Virus record (IMG/VR): IMGVR_UViG_3300020011_000226
Location: 53,541 to 117,540 of that record
Strand: one strand, 5' to 3'
Source of the DNA: a virus
Lineage: Duplodnaviria; Caudoviricetes
DNA: 64,000 nt
Shown: piece by piece, positions 1 through 11,818 of the stretch
Numbering within the stretch: position 1 is the first letter of the stretch
How the letters are laid out: the number at the start of each line of letters is the position of its first letter
The notes under the pieces: generated by a model
Told to the model about the DNA's origin: nothing
Seen by the model: only the letters and a program-made list of their open reading frames with translations
Databases searched by the model: none
Translations under genes and position numbers: made by a program

Positions 1-3000
1 GCATTTATCCATAAACTCTGACTCATCATCGGCATTAAACACATACTCTCCAGATTTTAGCTGCAAGGCACTCTTCAAAGTCTCCAACTGCTTGACTGTC
101 GTAGGAACAGCAAAACCTTCATCAGCCAAGCACTCTCTTTCTGCATCAGAGAACATATTAAGAGCTACAGGATTACTTCCTCTTGCACCAGGGTTATTCA
201 GATAGAATCTCTCAACTCTTTCCAGCATACCTTGTACAGTATCATACTTATCTATGTCAGCGGCATTGCGGAAGATGCCATCCTTCAGCTTTAGTTTTTT
301 GGGTGTCCTGCCTAACATATCTCCAGAAGCATTGTCTATTGCAAACACCTCATCACCATCCACTATCTCATAGGCATCAATCAGTTTCATGGAATTACCT
401 TCATGGTCATATACCCTCATCTTATTGCCCATTGCATAGTAAGGGATAGTTTGCATATAGTGATCTCCACTTGAATAAGGAAGCATCATGGTATGGGAGA
501 ACCAACTCCATAGTCTGTTGTCCAAGACACTCATAGCTTTGGTGTCATACTTCTGGTCATGCAGGAAGCTCCTATTTTCACTAAGGATGTTCCAGTGCCT
601 GATCCATAAAGAGTTTTTGTCATCTGGTCTTTGTACATTGGCAAGGCTTAATCCCATTGTCTTCATAAGGCCATCAAAATACATCTGATGGGCAACATTC
701 ACATCAGCCATAGAGAAGTTCTCCCCTGCTACTGCCTCCTTGAATATCTCAAACATACCAGTGCCAGTATTGACAATTCCACCGTGGAGATTGCCGTAAA
801 GTAAAATTCTACCACCAATAGAGGAAAGATTATTGGCAAGCTTTCTCCACATGCCTTTTCTGTCCCAAGAAGGAGGGTCTACATTAATACCATATATTTG
901 CTTCTCCAAGAATTTGACATACCTACTGTAGGCTCTCGACTCTTCTTCTCTATTAGCCTCAATCTTATTACCCACCTTACGCTGCTTCAACACATCTCTT
1001 CCTAACTCAAAGATGTCTACTACCTGCTCCATAGCTTTATAGGTTGCAGCCATAGAGCCATAGGAAAGCATAGTACCAAAGAGGTCAGTAGACAAATCCT
1101 CCATGTTTTTCAGCTTATTGATGCCATAAAGAGGAAGCCTGTTTACCTTCTCCCTCTCAAAGAACATAGGATTCTCCAGAGGGTCTTCCGTAATCTCATT
1201 GAACTCATTGTTAGAACCAAAGAGATAGGCTTCATCAGGACGTACTGCCCAGAAGTCTTGGGCTTTCCTTCTCATAGCATGACCAAAAGCAGGTAAGCTA
1301 TTGCCCATTTGTGCTCTCAGATTCCTAAACCTATGTGAGAACCTGCCAGTCATTTGAGGTGCTCTCCAACGTACAGTAGCATTCTGAGGAAGCAGGCTGT
1401 CCATTTCATCCTTTAATTCCATAAAGGCATTATACCATTTAAGCCTTTTAGTCCTCTCAGCTACTTCTTGAGCAGTTAGGCTAGGATTGGTAGTGTCAAA
1501 CAAGGCATCCCATTGGCTATTATGATACTTTACGTGGTTAGGAACCATTCTCTTCTTTCCTAAGGCAGACTTATCCTCTTCAGAGTTTTCTTCATGCCAC
1601 CTCTGCCATTGAGGATCTACAAAGTTATGATAGAAGATAGCTCTCTGTTGGTCAGTTAGGCTAAAGGTGTACCCAAGAACTCCTTTGTTGGCCTCATAGG
1701 CTTTTCTTTTCAGTTCAGCAAGATACTCATTGAAATCTCTTTTTAGCTGTTGAGCAAACTCATGGCGAGCCTTCTCCCATTCTCCATAGTTTACTCGAGA
1801 CACAAGGTTGCCTGTCTTAGTTCTATGACCTTCAGTATCTACTGTTTCTTCAAAGAGCATGGTACAATCAGTACTGCCAAAAGCCTCCTGCATCTGAAGC
1901 CTTAAAGCTTCTACCTGATCCCAGAACCTTGAAGCAATTCTGTCAGCCTGCATATTAGCATTCTTAGTTACTTTATTGCCTACTGCTGTTACAAAGTCTC
2001 CACAGTCAGCAGCTGAACTAAGATACCTGTCAAGCCATGATATATCCTCATCCATAGAGTCTATCATGTCTTGAATTTCTATATGCCTGTTACCACTCTT
2101 GACCAGTTTGAATTTCCACCCTTTTTGCTGCCAGACCTTACCAGCATTCATCTCGATAAAGTCCTTACCGTAGAAATTACTGATGGCATCAATGAAAATC
2201 TGCCTTCTCTTTAGTTCCATTACCTTCTGAATACCATTCACCTGCTGCTCTGCACCTTGAGTATCTGTATAGGTTTCATCAGTACCAACTAATACATCTC
2301 CTAACCTCTTGACAGCTTCACGCAGGTTAGTTACCACCTGATTACCATCTGCATCAGGGAATTGTACAACATCATTAGCATTCAAAGTGTCAAGCTTGCT
2401 GGAGATAGCCAGATAGAGTTCAGCAATATTCTTGATTGCAGTATTGACAGTTCTCATATTTCTGGCATTCGTAGAGATGCTGGCATAAGACTGTGCTCTA
2501 TCAGCAGGCTGAATCTGATCAAGCAGGCTTCTGATGTCAGTATCAAGAATTTGGGTAATACCCTCCAAGGCAACCACCATACCCTCTATTGAAGCCCCTT
2601 TGGCAAACAAATCCAGTGACATCTGGGAACCATAATTAGCCTGAATGCCTTTAGTCAAGGTCTTCAGCTTGTTAAGAATATCTCTATTGGTTGGACTTTC
2701 TGCCCTTCCTATAGAGGTTCTTAGTCTTGAAATCATGTCCTTCAAGCTACCAACAGTATCATAGTAAGCTCCGACATTCCTTCTGACATCATCAGACAGT
2801 CTTTTGCTAACACTTCCCCCTACAAAAGTTTCCTGAGTATTTAAGGCCTCTGCTACATCAGCATCATCAGGATTAGTAATAAATCCTTGAGCGGCCGTAG
2901 AAGCAGCTTCTCTTGCCCTCTCTACCATTCTTTGAACCTCATCAGGCTTGTACATGCCAAAGATTCTCTTTACAAGATTAGACAGCTTTTTCAACAGCCA

Positions 3001-3912
3001 TTTTACTGTCTGGGGAATAGAGTTACCTACAGCAGCACTTTTGGTTTTTTGTGCATCACGGAAGGGCTGCAACAACTGCCTACCGATCAGAATACCAGCA
3101 GCCTCTCTTGCAGATGCCTCAGATACAATAAAGTCATCCCTCATCATGTCAGAGTCTACATTGCGGAAAATAGCTGTCTGTACCTCAGGAGTGAGCATGT
3201 TTATCAGTCTTTGTACCATAGGGCTATCCTGCATAGCAGCTACTATAAAGTGTCCAGCTGCCTCTGCTGTCTCCAAGGCACTGCTTTGTCCGTCCAGAAT
3301 ACTTGCTACAGCCATAAGGCCGTCAGTATCAAGATGGGCATTGTGCGTAGAATACCGTACTGCATAACTTGGATTATTCAGGAACTCTATAGAAAGTCCT
3401 TTGTCTTGTAGTACCAGTCTAAGTGCATCAGTCAGAATCTTGTTTTGCACATGGTCAGCCAGTTCATACTCTGTGGTTGGATTTCTCTCTACCACCTTAA
3501 CAGAATACTTACCATCCTCTTCCTGTTTCAGTGTGGCCAGGAAGTCTTGGTTAAACTGATTCTGCTTGTTGAATTTCAGCACATTGTCAAGAGCCTCAGA
3601 GTAGTCATACTTACCAGCAATCTCCCTGTTCAAGTGCTCCAAAGTTCTTGCATTAGATAAATCACTGTATTCCCCATCTCTCTCCAAAGCCTTTTTCAAT
3701 GAGGCAATAGTAACTTCCCCATCAGCATCAAACTCCAGTATATCACTGTTCTCACGCAGGAAGTTACTATCCTTAGTGAGAAAATAATGGGTAACAGCAG
3801 CACGTCTGTCACCTTTAAAGAACTTAGAGAGTTCATTCCAAAGGGCAGACACTTTAATCTGCCCCCTGGAATCCCTCACATTACATGTCAATGAACATTT
3901 TTCACCTGCCAT
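1..3912 (-). CDS. Giant virion cargo (ejected) protein, crAss-like; 3' end lies outside the window
   Basis: Not in the ORF track because it runs off the left edge. ATG at 3912 (MAGEKCSLTCNVRD...). The frame is open in the parts I translated (first ~240 codons and the last codons, ...ESEFMDKC at position 1). It lies directly downstream of the RNAP gene and carries a degenerate zincin-like ETAEAAGHF motif. Confidence 0.8.
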   Translation of the reverse strand, partial: MAGEKCSLTCNVRDSRGQIKVSALWNELSKFFKGDRRAAVTHYFLTKDSNFLRENSDILEFDADGEVTIASLKKALERDGEYSDLSNARTLEHLNREIAGKYDYSEALDNVLKFNKQNQFNQDFLATLKQEEDGKYSVKVVERNPTTEYELADHVQNKILTDALRLVLQDKGLSIEFLNNPSYAVRYSTHNAHLDTDGLMAVASILDGQSSALETAEAAGHFIVAAMQDSPMVQRLINMLTPEVQTAIFRNVDSDMMRDDFIVSEASAREAAGILIGRQLLQPFRDAQKTKSAAVGNSIPQTVKWLLKKLSNLVKRIFGMYKPDEVQRMVERAREAASTAAQGFITNPDDADVAEALNTQETFVGGSVSKRLSDDVRRNVGAYYDTVGSLKDMISRLRTSIGRAESPTNRDILNKLKTLTKGIQANYGSQMSLDLFAKGASIEGMVVALEGITQILDTDIRSLLDQIQPADRAQSYASISTNARNMRTVNTAIKNIAELYLAISSKLDTLNANDVVQFPDADGNQVVTNLREAVKRLGDVLVGTDETYTDTQGAEQQVNGIQKVMELKRRQIFIDAISNFYGKDFIEMNAGKVWQQKGWKFKLVKSGNRHIEIQDMIDSMDEDISWLDRYLSSAADCGDFVTAVGNKVTKNANMQADRIASRFWDQVEALRLQMQEAFGSTDCTMLFEETVDTEGHRTKTGNLVSRVNYGEWEKARHEFAQQLKRDFNEYLAELKRKAYEANKGVLGYTFSLTDQQRAIFYHNFVDPQWQRWHEENSEEDKSALGKKRMVPNHVKYHNSQWDALFDTTNPSLTAQEVAERTKRLKWYNAFMELKDEMDSLLPQNATVRWRAPQMTGRFSHRFRNLRAQMGNSLPAFGHAMRRKAQDFWAVRPDEAYLFGSNNEFNEITEDPLENPMFFEREKVNRLPLYGINKLKNMEDLSTDLFGTMLSYGSMAATYKAMEQVVDIFELGRDVLKQRKVGNKIEANREEESRAYSRYVKFLEKQIYGINVDPPSWDRKGMWRKLANNLSSIGGRILLYGNLHGGIVNTGTGMFEIFKEAVAGENFSMADVNVAHQMYFDGLMKTMGLSLANVQRPDDKNSLWIRHWNILSENRSFLHDQKYDTKAMSVLDNRLWSWFSHTMMLPYSSGDHYMQTIPYYAMGNKMRVYDHEGNSMKLIDAYEIVDGDEVFAIDNASGDMLGRTPKKLKLKDGIFRNAADIDKYDTVQGMLERVERFYLNNPGARGSNPVALNMFSDAERECLADEGFAVPTTVKQLETLKSALQLKSGEYVFNADDESEFMDKC

Positions 3913-3940
3913 ATTGTTATCCTCTTAATCATTTTATACC

Positions 3941-6900
3941 TTAACATACATCTACTACCTCGCCTTTATCATCCAATGTCTGCATTCTTTCTCCTCTACC
4001 AATTCTTTTTGCAAGATCATTGAGAATATCTACATTTTGACTATCAGAAGTGTCTTGCATCAGGGATTTAAAGTCCTGAGCACTAAAGCCCTGCATATCA
4101 TCCCGTGCAAAAACTTTCTCATTATCTTTTCGGAATTGCTTAAACATTCTTTCCCATTCTGTGTCAGTAAACATCTGAGATACATCAGTACCTATCTCAA
4201 TATGGGCTCCTTCAGGAGTGGCAGGGGCTTCGCCCTCAACAGCTTCATTGTTGGCAATGGAGTTATCAGTTACAGTTTCTTCTACTGAACGGAAGTTATT
4301 AAGACTGCCAGACCTCTGATAAGCTTCAAAGGCTGCATTACCAAAGTACTGGATATGCTGGCCCTTGATACCTTGTGCATGTACCAGTTTATAGGTCATA
4401 GTACCATCAGCAGAAGAAGTGACATTGAACCTGTCACCCCTTGAGTTAGCCATGTAGTAGACAGTGCTTCCATCCCTTTCCAATGCAATTACAGGTCTGA
4501 ACGCATTTTCACCCTTTGCCAAGGTGTCATCATAGATGGTAAAGAGGCTTGCCACATCTTTGCCTACAGACTTAAGGGAAATGGAGAATTCATTGTTCCA
4601 GTACTTTCCCTGCTCATTATAAGCCAGATTATTGACAGTGCTTCTTGCATTACCTTTGGGAGTAAATACAAATTTCTTATTATCCAGATGATTCAGAATA
4701 TACTGCTTGGCAAAGCTTATCAGGTCATTGCTATCCATGCTAACATTGCCATCAATCACATCGTTGATGAAATCTATATAACCTTCTTCAGTAGAGTTGT
4801 TATTAACTCTAAGACCAAGCTTCAATAAAGTAGGAGCAAGACTCATGGAAGATGTAGGATGGAAATTATAGCCAAGCTTATAGAAATTGTAGAAATACAA
4901 ATCTTCAGCCAGCTGTTTGACAGGAATATCAACCTGAAGGAAGTTACTATGAACTATCTCATCAGAATTATAAGCCTGCGCCCATGCTTCAGTAATTAGG
5001 TTGGATGTCCTTGTTTGAAGGCCTCCCATACCTTGTACTGAAATCTGTAGAGGATTAGTCTCTGCATCAGCATCTGCATCTCCTGTGATAGTCAGTGCAT
5101 CAAAGAAAGGTATGTGCGAAAGTACCCCCTCTGCCTTGAGAGCATGGAGTAGCATAGGATAGTGTTGGGTATAATACTGGCGGTTAGTGATATTACCAGT
5201 CGGATCTACAAATAGATTGGCAGTCTCACCATCAAATGAACTTCCCCGTTGTTTTGATAACAAATAAAGAATGAACTCCCTATGTAGAGAATTGACTGTA
5301 TCAGCATCCAAGCCACCATACTTAGTCAGCCTACGCATAATATTTCTCATGTTGCTGTACAACTGGGTATAGTAGGGGAAATGCTTCTTAAAGAGGCTCC
5401 TTGTGGTCTTTCTTGACAAGTCCATCATACATTGCTCAAAAGCCAGAGGATTCCTTGACATCTGAGACATATATTCCTCAGGAGTCAAGTCTAATAGCTC
5501 CTCGTCAATATTAAGAATGCCTTGATTATTCTCAGATACTGCCTCTTCTCCTGCATGAAGAACTCTGTTGCTTCTTGCTTCAGAAGGGTCAAAGAGCTGA
5601 AAGGCAAGTCTTCTTGGATCTACAGGCCCTGTAGGCTCTTTCATGTATTTCTCAATAAAAGTCCTTACTCTCTCTTCTTGTGCCAGCTGTTCTCCCCATG
5701 TAGAGCCTACAGAATTGGCAGCAGTAAATCTGGTACACTGCACAAAGCTGTTCACATCAGCAGTATCTGCCATCAACTCATTGAAAAGCCACAACACCTG
5801 AAGCTGTCCTTGCTTAAACTCTTGAGGCATATTACTCTTATCGATGGTTCTGTCAGTAAGGATGTTATCTGCCAGCTTATCAGAGGTGGCATTGATAGCA
5901 TCATACTTAATGTTCTCCAACTGCATTCTGCTGCCTCCATACCTTTTCAGCATTTCAGCTATGGCCACATCGGTAGAAACACTCTCATTGGCTATATAGT
6001 TACACAGTTCCTTGATGATAGGCTGATTGAACAGTAGGCCAATCTCTTGGGGAGTATATCCTATTCTTGCCAACAGTGCTCCTGCATCAGCAGTTGTCAA
6101 GTTGAGGTTTAGGAAGTTCAGCACAGGGTCTTTCACAGCATCTACAGAAGCAGCCAAGTATTCAGCTACATTAGTATCTACATCTATACCCTCAGGAGCA
6201 TGAAGCATATCAAACAAGCCTCTTGCACTATGGTTACCAAACTTAATAGGATCTCTCAATGATAACTCATGGAGAGTAGAAGCATACACGTGGTTGGTGT
6301 TTTGGTTGGCAAAGATACCAATCAACTTACCTGCCACCTGATTCTGCTGATTATACACCAAGATGGCAGTTGGGTCAGAGACATCATACTCAGGCTCAGG
6401 GTCTTTCCTTTCACCTCTGTTAATGCTCTCCACATAACTGTCTACCTTTGACCAGTCAATCTTACCATTGGTAGTGATGTCTTCTTTGTCAGCAAACTGA
6501 AGGACTCTCATTCTCAAGGCTGCATCCCTGTTAGATTCAAATCCACCAGGAGTATAGCGAGCTTTCAAGGTTTCCTTATCCATCAATCTTTGTCTGATAA
6601 GGTCTATCAGCATATTGTTTCTGGCTACACGGGAGTTACCTTTAGTAACCACCTCACCATTTTTCCCTATCACAGGGTTCAGTGGTGAAGCCTCTGGGTT
6701 ATAGGTGTCAAATACAGGATACTTATCTCTATGGTCTTCCAGATATTTGGTAAATGCCTCTTCTGGAGTTCCTTCAAGACCTGCTGATTCCCAGTAATAG
6801 TACAACCTGTCCTTATGCTTGGTCTGCTTATTCAGCTCACCCAGTCCAGAGAAGTCATCCTTGAATCCTGTTGCCAAGACATCCATTAGCTTTAAACCTA

Positions 6901-9900
6901 ACTGATCATTGTCTCTTGCCTCGCGCAAAGCCTCTTTCCATTGTGGATGCATCTCATAGATACTATTCCAGATATTCTCAATATCCTTGTCTGACAAATG
7001 AGTCTGAGCAAACTCCCTCATGAAGAAGTAGAGCTTATCAATATCAAAGTCAAAGCCAGCAGTGGTAGTTCTGGAAGAAGGAACCTTCAGAGTACCGCCA
7101 GCCAGAGGATTAGAGAACCTGAATACCTTGGCGTTTACCATAGAGTAGTCACGCTCTGTGGGAATACGGTAGGCTATAATATCAAGAATACCTTTGTACT
7201 TAGTCTCAATCAGAGGTACATAGTAGCCTTGCTCAGGGTCAATAGCTCTACCATACTTGTCTCTACCACTTACAGGCCAAGACAGATACTCTTTTGCGTC
7301 ATCACCATATACTATTTGGTCAGACATCTTCAGTGTACCATCTGGATTACACCAGTCCTCAAATCTTAAACCTACATTCTTGCCAGTAGCAGAAGTATAG
7401 CTTAGATTCCAAGGCATCTCTATCTCGTCATAGAGTACATTGTCACCTTCAGGACTGACTACCTCAAACAAATCACCTGACTCCTCATAACCAGAAAGAC
7501 CTAAGGCAGAAGCCTGAACAGCAGAACCACCCTTAATCTTCTGCTTGTTGACACCCTTCTTGAAGAGTGAAAATAGTAGAGCTGTAGCATCATGTTCAAG
7601 ACCAGGTTCACCAAGAGGCACTACAAACTGTCCCTTGTTTTCACCATCCTCAATGATAGAGAATCCAAAAGCATTATCCTCAGACTGATTGGCATTAGAT
7701 ACAATGTTCTGAATCATCTTATCAGAGAGTTTCTGATTAGTAGCAGTCTCAGTAGCAAACCTATTGTAACTGTCAAACAGGTTACCCATCACCAGACAGT
7801 TATAGAGGCTCACCAAGTTCCTACCACTAAGATGCACCTTACCCATACCAGGCAGATAGACTGTAGGGCCTAGAGCATCCTCAGACTTACCCAATATATT
7901 AGAAAGGTAGTCATAGTTGTGACTCTTATTGATACCAGCAAGAATCAGTTTTCTTATCTGAGTACCAAACAGCTGTGCATGGTTTAGATGTTCAGGAACA
8001 CCAGACTGAATCCTATAGTCACTCCAAGGCAGATTATGCACATAAGCCTTATCAAGAGCTGCATTGATAGTTTCAGTGGTGTTAGCTCCTTTTAAGTCAG
8101 AAGAACCAAAAGCACCCACCTTGACACACTTGGTAGAAGCTACAAGGTCAATATCATTGTTCTCCATCCAAACAGCCATATCCTTCAGCTTGCCTTCCAT
8201 CATCAATTCAGGAATCAGGACAACTTCTGCATATTTGTGCTGTACAGGAATTAAAGCCATATCACCCTCATCATTAATCTTCAGCTTCTCAAGACTATAA
8301 AGATAAGGTTTAATAGGTTGAAAGATGACTGCCAACTGAGCAATCTCTTGAATGTCTGCTTCAGTAAGAGGCTGTCCATTATTCCTAATGTTCATGATTC
8401 TCTTGTAAGCCTCTTCCATAGGTCTTGTCCATTCGCCAGCCATACCTTTTACAGCACGGTAGGAAGAAAGAGATCTATAGCCCTGACCATCAGTGAGAGT
8501 ATTCTCTTTGTAGGCTTTTACCACAGGGCTATTATCTCCAAAAGTCTTTTGGAGTAACTGGAAGAAGAGAGGATTGACATCCTCTGAACTGACTGCAATA
8601 TCATCAAAGTAAACAACCTTCTCATAGCTTCTATTACTGTAGAGATTTCCATCAAAATCTCTTGCTTCAGCACTCACACCTTTACCAGGAGCATAGATTT
8701 CCTTGTATCTCTTCTGCAAGTCCTTAACAGGATACCTATGGTCATAGAAGGCAGGGTCAACAGTAAACAACTGAAGTTGCTGAATAGTAGCATACTTGGT
8801 ATTCCAGAAGAAATCATCAACCAGACTGTCAATACTGTTATTGAACCACTTGACATTCTGACCAAAGTAGCCCTTGGGGTCAGTATAAGTAATAACTCCA
8901 CCTTCCCCCTTAACCCTCTCTATGACTCCTGCATTAGCCAACTTCTCCATAAAGTCAGCTTTAGAATCATCCATATAGGTCTGAATAGCATCAGTCAAAG
9001 CATCAGTTCCAAGAGCATCCCTGGCAGCATCAATAGCTTCCTCACGGGACATAACCTTCATCTCAGCATCAGTCATCTGCTGGTTGCCAGTCAAAATTTT
9101 CCAATACTTACCATCGACAAAGTTAGGATTAAGGAACTTCATCATAGTGAATTCATCGGCAGTTTGAGAGAAGTTGTCAATAGTCTTAAAGCCGCCTTTC
9201 TCCAATACCTCATTGGTAGCCTTGACATACTTCATTCTCTCGATCTCCTGACGGAATACATCCTTCATACCTTCCATAATCTCAGCCTTAGAATATCTCT
9301 TGGCAGTAAAGAACATCTGAGCACCTGAGTCACCTAAGATAAAGCAAGGATACTTAGCCAGCCTGCTCTTACCATGACTTTGGTCAAGCAGCTGAACAAA
9401 CTGCTTCATCATTGCTTCTGCATGCTGCTTCTCAGTGAAATTCTCAAAGATAGCCACCTGCTTATCTATGTTAGAGCCAAGGAACTCATCAAACTCAAAG
9501 ACCTTAGCCAAAGCATCGAAATCAATGATAACATTGCCCTTGCTATCAGTTCTGATAGAATCATACATCTCCTGAAGCCACTTATTAAGAAACCTTCCTT
9601 CAGCCTTATCATAGAAGAAAGAGGACTGTCCCCACTTATCCATGATGAATGACTTCAGTCCCTCAGCATCCCCCTCATTGACAAACTCATGGATTTTATC
9701 TACCATATCACCCATATAAGAGGGAGTCCTGTCTGAGTATCTGGAGTTAGCCTTACCCTTTCTGTCAAACCAAGAGACCCTGCGTTCTGTCTTTAATCTG
9801 CTGTCTACACTGGCTAAAGCATCCAGCATTTTGATAATGCGGTCATTACCAGCACCTCTGGATTTATCTTGATTCTTACCATACTTTTTAGCACGGAAAT

Positions 9901-11665
9901 TTTCATAGCTAACATCTTTGCTTCTTAAAGACTCAAGAGCATTATCATATTCCTCTCTGGCTTCTACTGTAAAACCAGCATTGACAGAGGGCCTGATGCC
10001 CTGATATTTTTCAATAACTTCCAAAGCATTTCTAATATCTCCTTTATATGCATTTCTTGTTTCAGTCCTAAACTCCTGTAAAGCTGTCAGGTAAGCTTTC
10101 CTCAAGCTGGCATTATTGTAGATCCTGCGAGCAGCCTTGTCAGTCATAGGAATGCCTAAGGCTCTGGCAGACCTCTTCATGAAGTCTATACGCTGAGGAA
10201 AAGACACTTGATAAAAACCTGCAAATTGCTGGTTATTGAACAAGTTGTTTCTGTTCTCTTCATTAGGAACAGTTAACAGACCCTTATTTTCAACATTCCA
10301 TTGAGCCAGTTTCTCCCAATCGACTTTTCCTTGCTCATCATAGATAGAACTACTTCTATCAAGAGCCTGATGCAGCTGCATCCTCAATACAAACTCATCA
10401 TGCAAAGGGTTGGCCTGTCTATTGAGTATCTTAGCATATATATTACCTGCCTTAGTCTTAAGCAATGCAGAATAAGGAACCATGTTCTTATGCATGTCAA
10501 TAAGCAGCTGAGTCAAGATAACAGGGTTCTTAGGCTTGTTGCTATTATCTATAGACTTACTTAAATCTGCCTGAGAAGCTTTTGCTAATGCATCAAACAC
10601 AGCTTTTACCTTAGGGTCAGAGTCTGACAAACTCTTTAGTTTTCTGACCATACTGCTCTCAGAGGTAATACCACGCAGAATATCAGATAGATACTGATGA
10701 GTTTCTACTGGATCCATCTTAATAAGATAGCCTAAGTCATCAGTCATCCTCTCTCCAGCTTCATCTACATCTGTAATAGTAGAAAGAAATCTCCTGACCT
10801 CAGAACCCAAGGAACCAAAAGCTGAGGTTTCTGACTGATGGGTCATCCAAGCCTCACGGACTGACTCTTCCAGATTGTAGGTATCCTCCAAGGGAGAGTC
10901 CATAGAGAAGTTATCGGGGGAAGTAGGAGCAGCATACTCCAAAGTATTAACCCCCAACTTCACACTCTCCACATCCCGTAAAGACATTCTGGCGAAAGTA
11001 CACAAAGCAGACCAGTTCTGAAGAATCTTAGGATACTCCCGAACAATCATCCTTGCCCTTTCTACATCAGCCTTATCAGCTTCATCAAGACCATTTAGCT
11101 CATCTTCGGAAAGTCCTTCTACCTCTTCCATAATAGCTCTTGCCTCATTGAATCTGCCTACAAACTTGTCAAAGATAGACTCAAAGATACTAAGCTGACC
11201 TTCATGGTACTGTCCATTTCGCTTATAGCCATTAACTACCTGTTCTCTTGTCAAAGAGATACCAGCTTTCTTAGCAGCTGCCATTCTACGGCTTACCTCA
11301 TTGGTAAATTCAGAGGCAACCATATTGATTCTATTTCTACGAGTAGTCTCATTCCATCCTGGAACATGGTATAACTGATTAAAAGTGCCTGCCATATGAT
11401 TGGTAGAGCTTCTCATTTCCTGAAGATGCCTTTCAGCCTGCTTATGCTTATAGTCCATCAGTTGAGTAGCTACATTGGCAAGTTCAAGTCCTTGGATAGT
11501 CTTATCATCTACAAGAGGATCAATAAGAGGTTTTGCATTATCCATGTCATAAAGACCTCTTAGAGTGCCAATATCTTCTTTGGTAAGACCTTCTCCAAGA
11601 AACTGTGCAATCCTATCATCAATGCCTCCAGCTGGAGATATGTGGCATATAATCTGCTTGCTCAT
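3941..11665 (-). CDS. Virion-packaged single-chain two-barrel DNA-dependent RNA polymerase (crAss-like)
   Basis: 2574 aa. It has YRIPT followed by the catalytic GFDFDIDKL motif (~7031-7057), typical of crAss-like virion RNAPs. Confidence 0.92.
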   Translation of the reverse strand: MSKQIICHISPAGGIDDRIAQFLGEGLTKEDIGTLRGLYDMDNAKPLIDPLVDDKTIQGLELANVATQLMDYKHKQAERHLQEMRSSTNHMAGTFNQLYHVPGWNETTRRNRINMVASEFTNEVSRRMAAAKKAGISLTREQVVNGYKRNGQYHEGQLSIFESIFDKFVGRFNEARAIMEEVEGLSEDELNGLDEADKADVERARMIVREYPKILQNWSALCTFARMSLRDVESVKLGVNTLEYAAPTSPDNFSMDSPLEDTYNLEESVREAWMTHQSETSAFGSLGSEVRRFLSTITDVDEAGERMTDDLGYLIKMDPVETHQYLSDILRGITSESSMVRKLKSLSDSDPKVKAVFDALAKASQADLSKSIDNSNKPKNPVILTQLLIDMHKNMVPYSALLKTKAGNIYAKILNRQANPLHDEFVLRMQLHQALDRSSSIYDEQGKVDWEKLAQWNVENKGLLTVPNEENRNNLFNNQQFAGFYQVSFPQRIDFMKRSARALGIPMTDKAARRIYNNASLRKAYLTALQEFRTETRNAYKGDIRNALEVIEKYQGIRPSVNAGFTVEAREEYDNALESLRSKDVSYENFRAKKYGKNQDKSRGAGNDRIIKMLDALASVDSRLKTERRVSWFDRKGKANSRYSDRTPSYMGDMVDKIHEFVNEGDAEGLKSFIMDKWGQSSFFYDKAEGRFLNKWLQEMYDSIRTDSKGNVIIDFDALAKVFEFDEFLGSNIDKQVAIFENFTEKQHAEAMMKQFVQLLDQSHGKSRLAKYPCFILGDSGAQMFFTAKRYSKAEIMEGMKDVFRQEIERMKYVKATNEVLEKGGFKTIDNFSQTADEFTMMKFLNPNFVDGKYWKILTGNQQMTDAEMKVMSREEAIDAARDALGTDALTDAIQTYMDDSKADFMEKLANAGVIERVKGEGGVITYTDPKGYFGQNVKWFNNSIDSLVDDFFWNTKYATIQQLQLFTVDPAFYDHRYPVKDLQKRYKEIYAPGKGVSAEARDFDGNLYSNRSYEKVVYFDDIAVSSEDVNPLFFQLLQKTFGDNSPVVKAYKENTLTDGQGYRSLSSYRAVKGMAGEWTRPMEEAYKRIMNIRNNGQPLTEADIQEIAQLAVIFQPIKPYLYSLEKLKINDEGDMALIPVQHKYAEVVLIPELMMEGKLKDMAVWMENNDIDLVASTKCVKVGAFGSSDLKGANTTETINAALDKAYVHNLPWSDYRIQSGVPEHLNHAQLFGTQIRKLILAGINKSHNYDYLSNILGKSEDALGPTVYLPGMGKVHLSGRNLVSLYNCLVMGNLFDSYNRFATETATNQKLSDKMIQNIVSNANQSEDNAFGFSIIEDGENKGQFVVPLGEPGLEHDATALLFSLFKKGVNKQKIKGGSAVQASALGLSGYEESGDLFEVVSPEGDNVLYDEIEMPWNLSYTSATGKNVGLRFEDWCNPDGTLKMSDQIVYGDDAKEYLSWPVSGRDKYGRAIDPEQGYYVPLIETKYKGILDIIAYRIPTERDYSMVNAKVFRFSNPLAGGTLKVPSSRTTTAGFDFDIDKLYFFMREFAQTHLSDKDIENIWNSIYEMHPQWKEALREARDNDQLGLKLMDVLATGFKDDFSGLGELNKQTKHKDRLYYYWESAGLEGTPEEAFTKYLEDHRDKYPVFDTYNPEASPLNPVIGKNGEVVTKGNSRVARNNMLIDLIRQRLMDKETLKARYTPGGFESNRDAALRMRVLQFADKEDITTNGKIDWSKVDSYVESINRGERKDPEPEYDVSDPTAILVYNQQNQVAGKLIGIFANQNTNHVYASTLHELSLRDPIKFGNHSARGLFDMLHAPEGIDVDTNVAEYLAASVDAVKDPVLNFLNLNLTTADAGALLARIGYTPQEIGLLFNQPIIKELCNYIANESVSTDVAIAEMLKRYGGSRMQLENIKYDAINATSDKLADNILTDRTIDKSNMPQEFKQGQLQVLWLFNELMADTADVNSFVQCTRFTAANSVGSTWGEQLAQEERVRTFIEKYMKEPTGPVDPRRLAFQLFDPSEARSNRVLHAGEEAVSENNQGILNIDEELLDLTPEEYMSQMSRNPLAFEQCMMDLSRKTTRSLFKKHFPYYTQLYSNMRNIMRRLTKYGGLDADTVNSLHREFILYLLSKQRGSSFDGETANLFVDPTGNITNRQYYTQHYPMLLHALKAEGVLSHIPFFDALTITGDADADAETNPLQISVQGMGGLQTRTSNLITEAWAQAYNSDEIVHSNFLQVDIPVKQLAEDLYFYNFYKLGYNFHPTSSMSLAPTLLKLGLRVNNNSTEEGYIDFINDVIDGNVSMDSNDLISFAKQYILNHLDNKKFVFTPKGNARSTVNNLAYNEQGKYWNNEFSISLKSVGKDVASLFTIYDDTLAKGENAFRPVIALERDGSTVYYMANSRGDRFNVTSSADGTMTYKLVHAQGIKGQHIQYFGNAAFEAYQRSGSLNNFRSVEETVTDNSIANNEAVEGEAPATPEGAHIEIGTDVSQMFTDTEWERMFKQFRKDNEKVFARDDMQGFSAQDFKSLMQDTSDSQNVDILNDLAKRIGRGERMQTLDDKGEVVDVC

Positions 11666-11690
11666 TATATCACTTATTAAAATTCTTAGG

Positions 11691-11698
11691 CAAAGGTA
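11691..11698 (-). promoter_or_regulatory. Bacteroidota -7 promoter element (TACCTTTG) for the RNAP/cargo operon
   Basis: Matches TAnnTTTG, ~26 nt upstream of the RNAP ATG. Confidence 0.7.
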
Positions 11699-11818
11699 CT
11701 ATAATTACTTGGGAGTTATGCAAGTTTAAATAAAACCTTAACCTACTTTAAAGGGTTGTTAAGAAAAGAAAAGGGAAACAGCATTGCCATTCCCTCTTGA
11801 TAGCTTTTTGATGTTTGT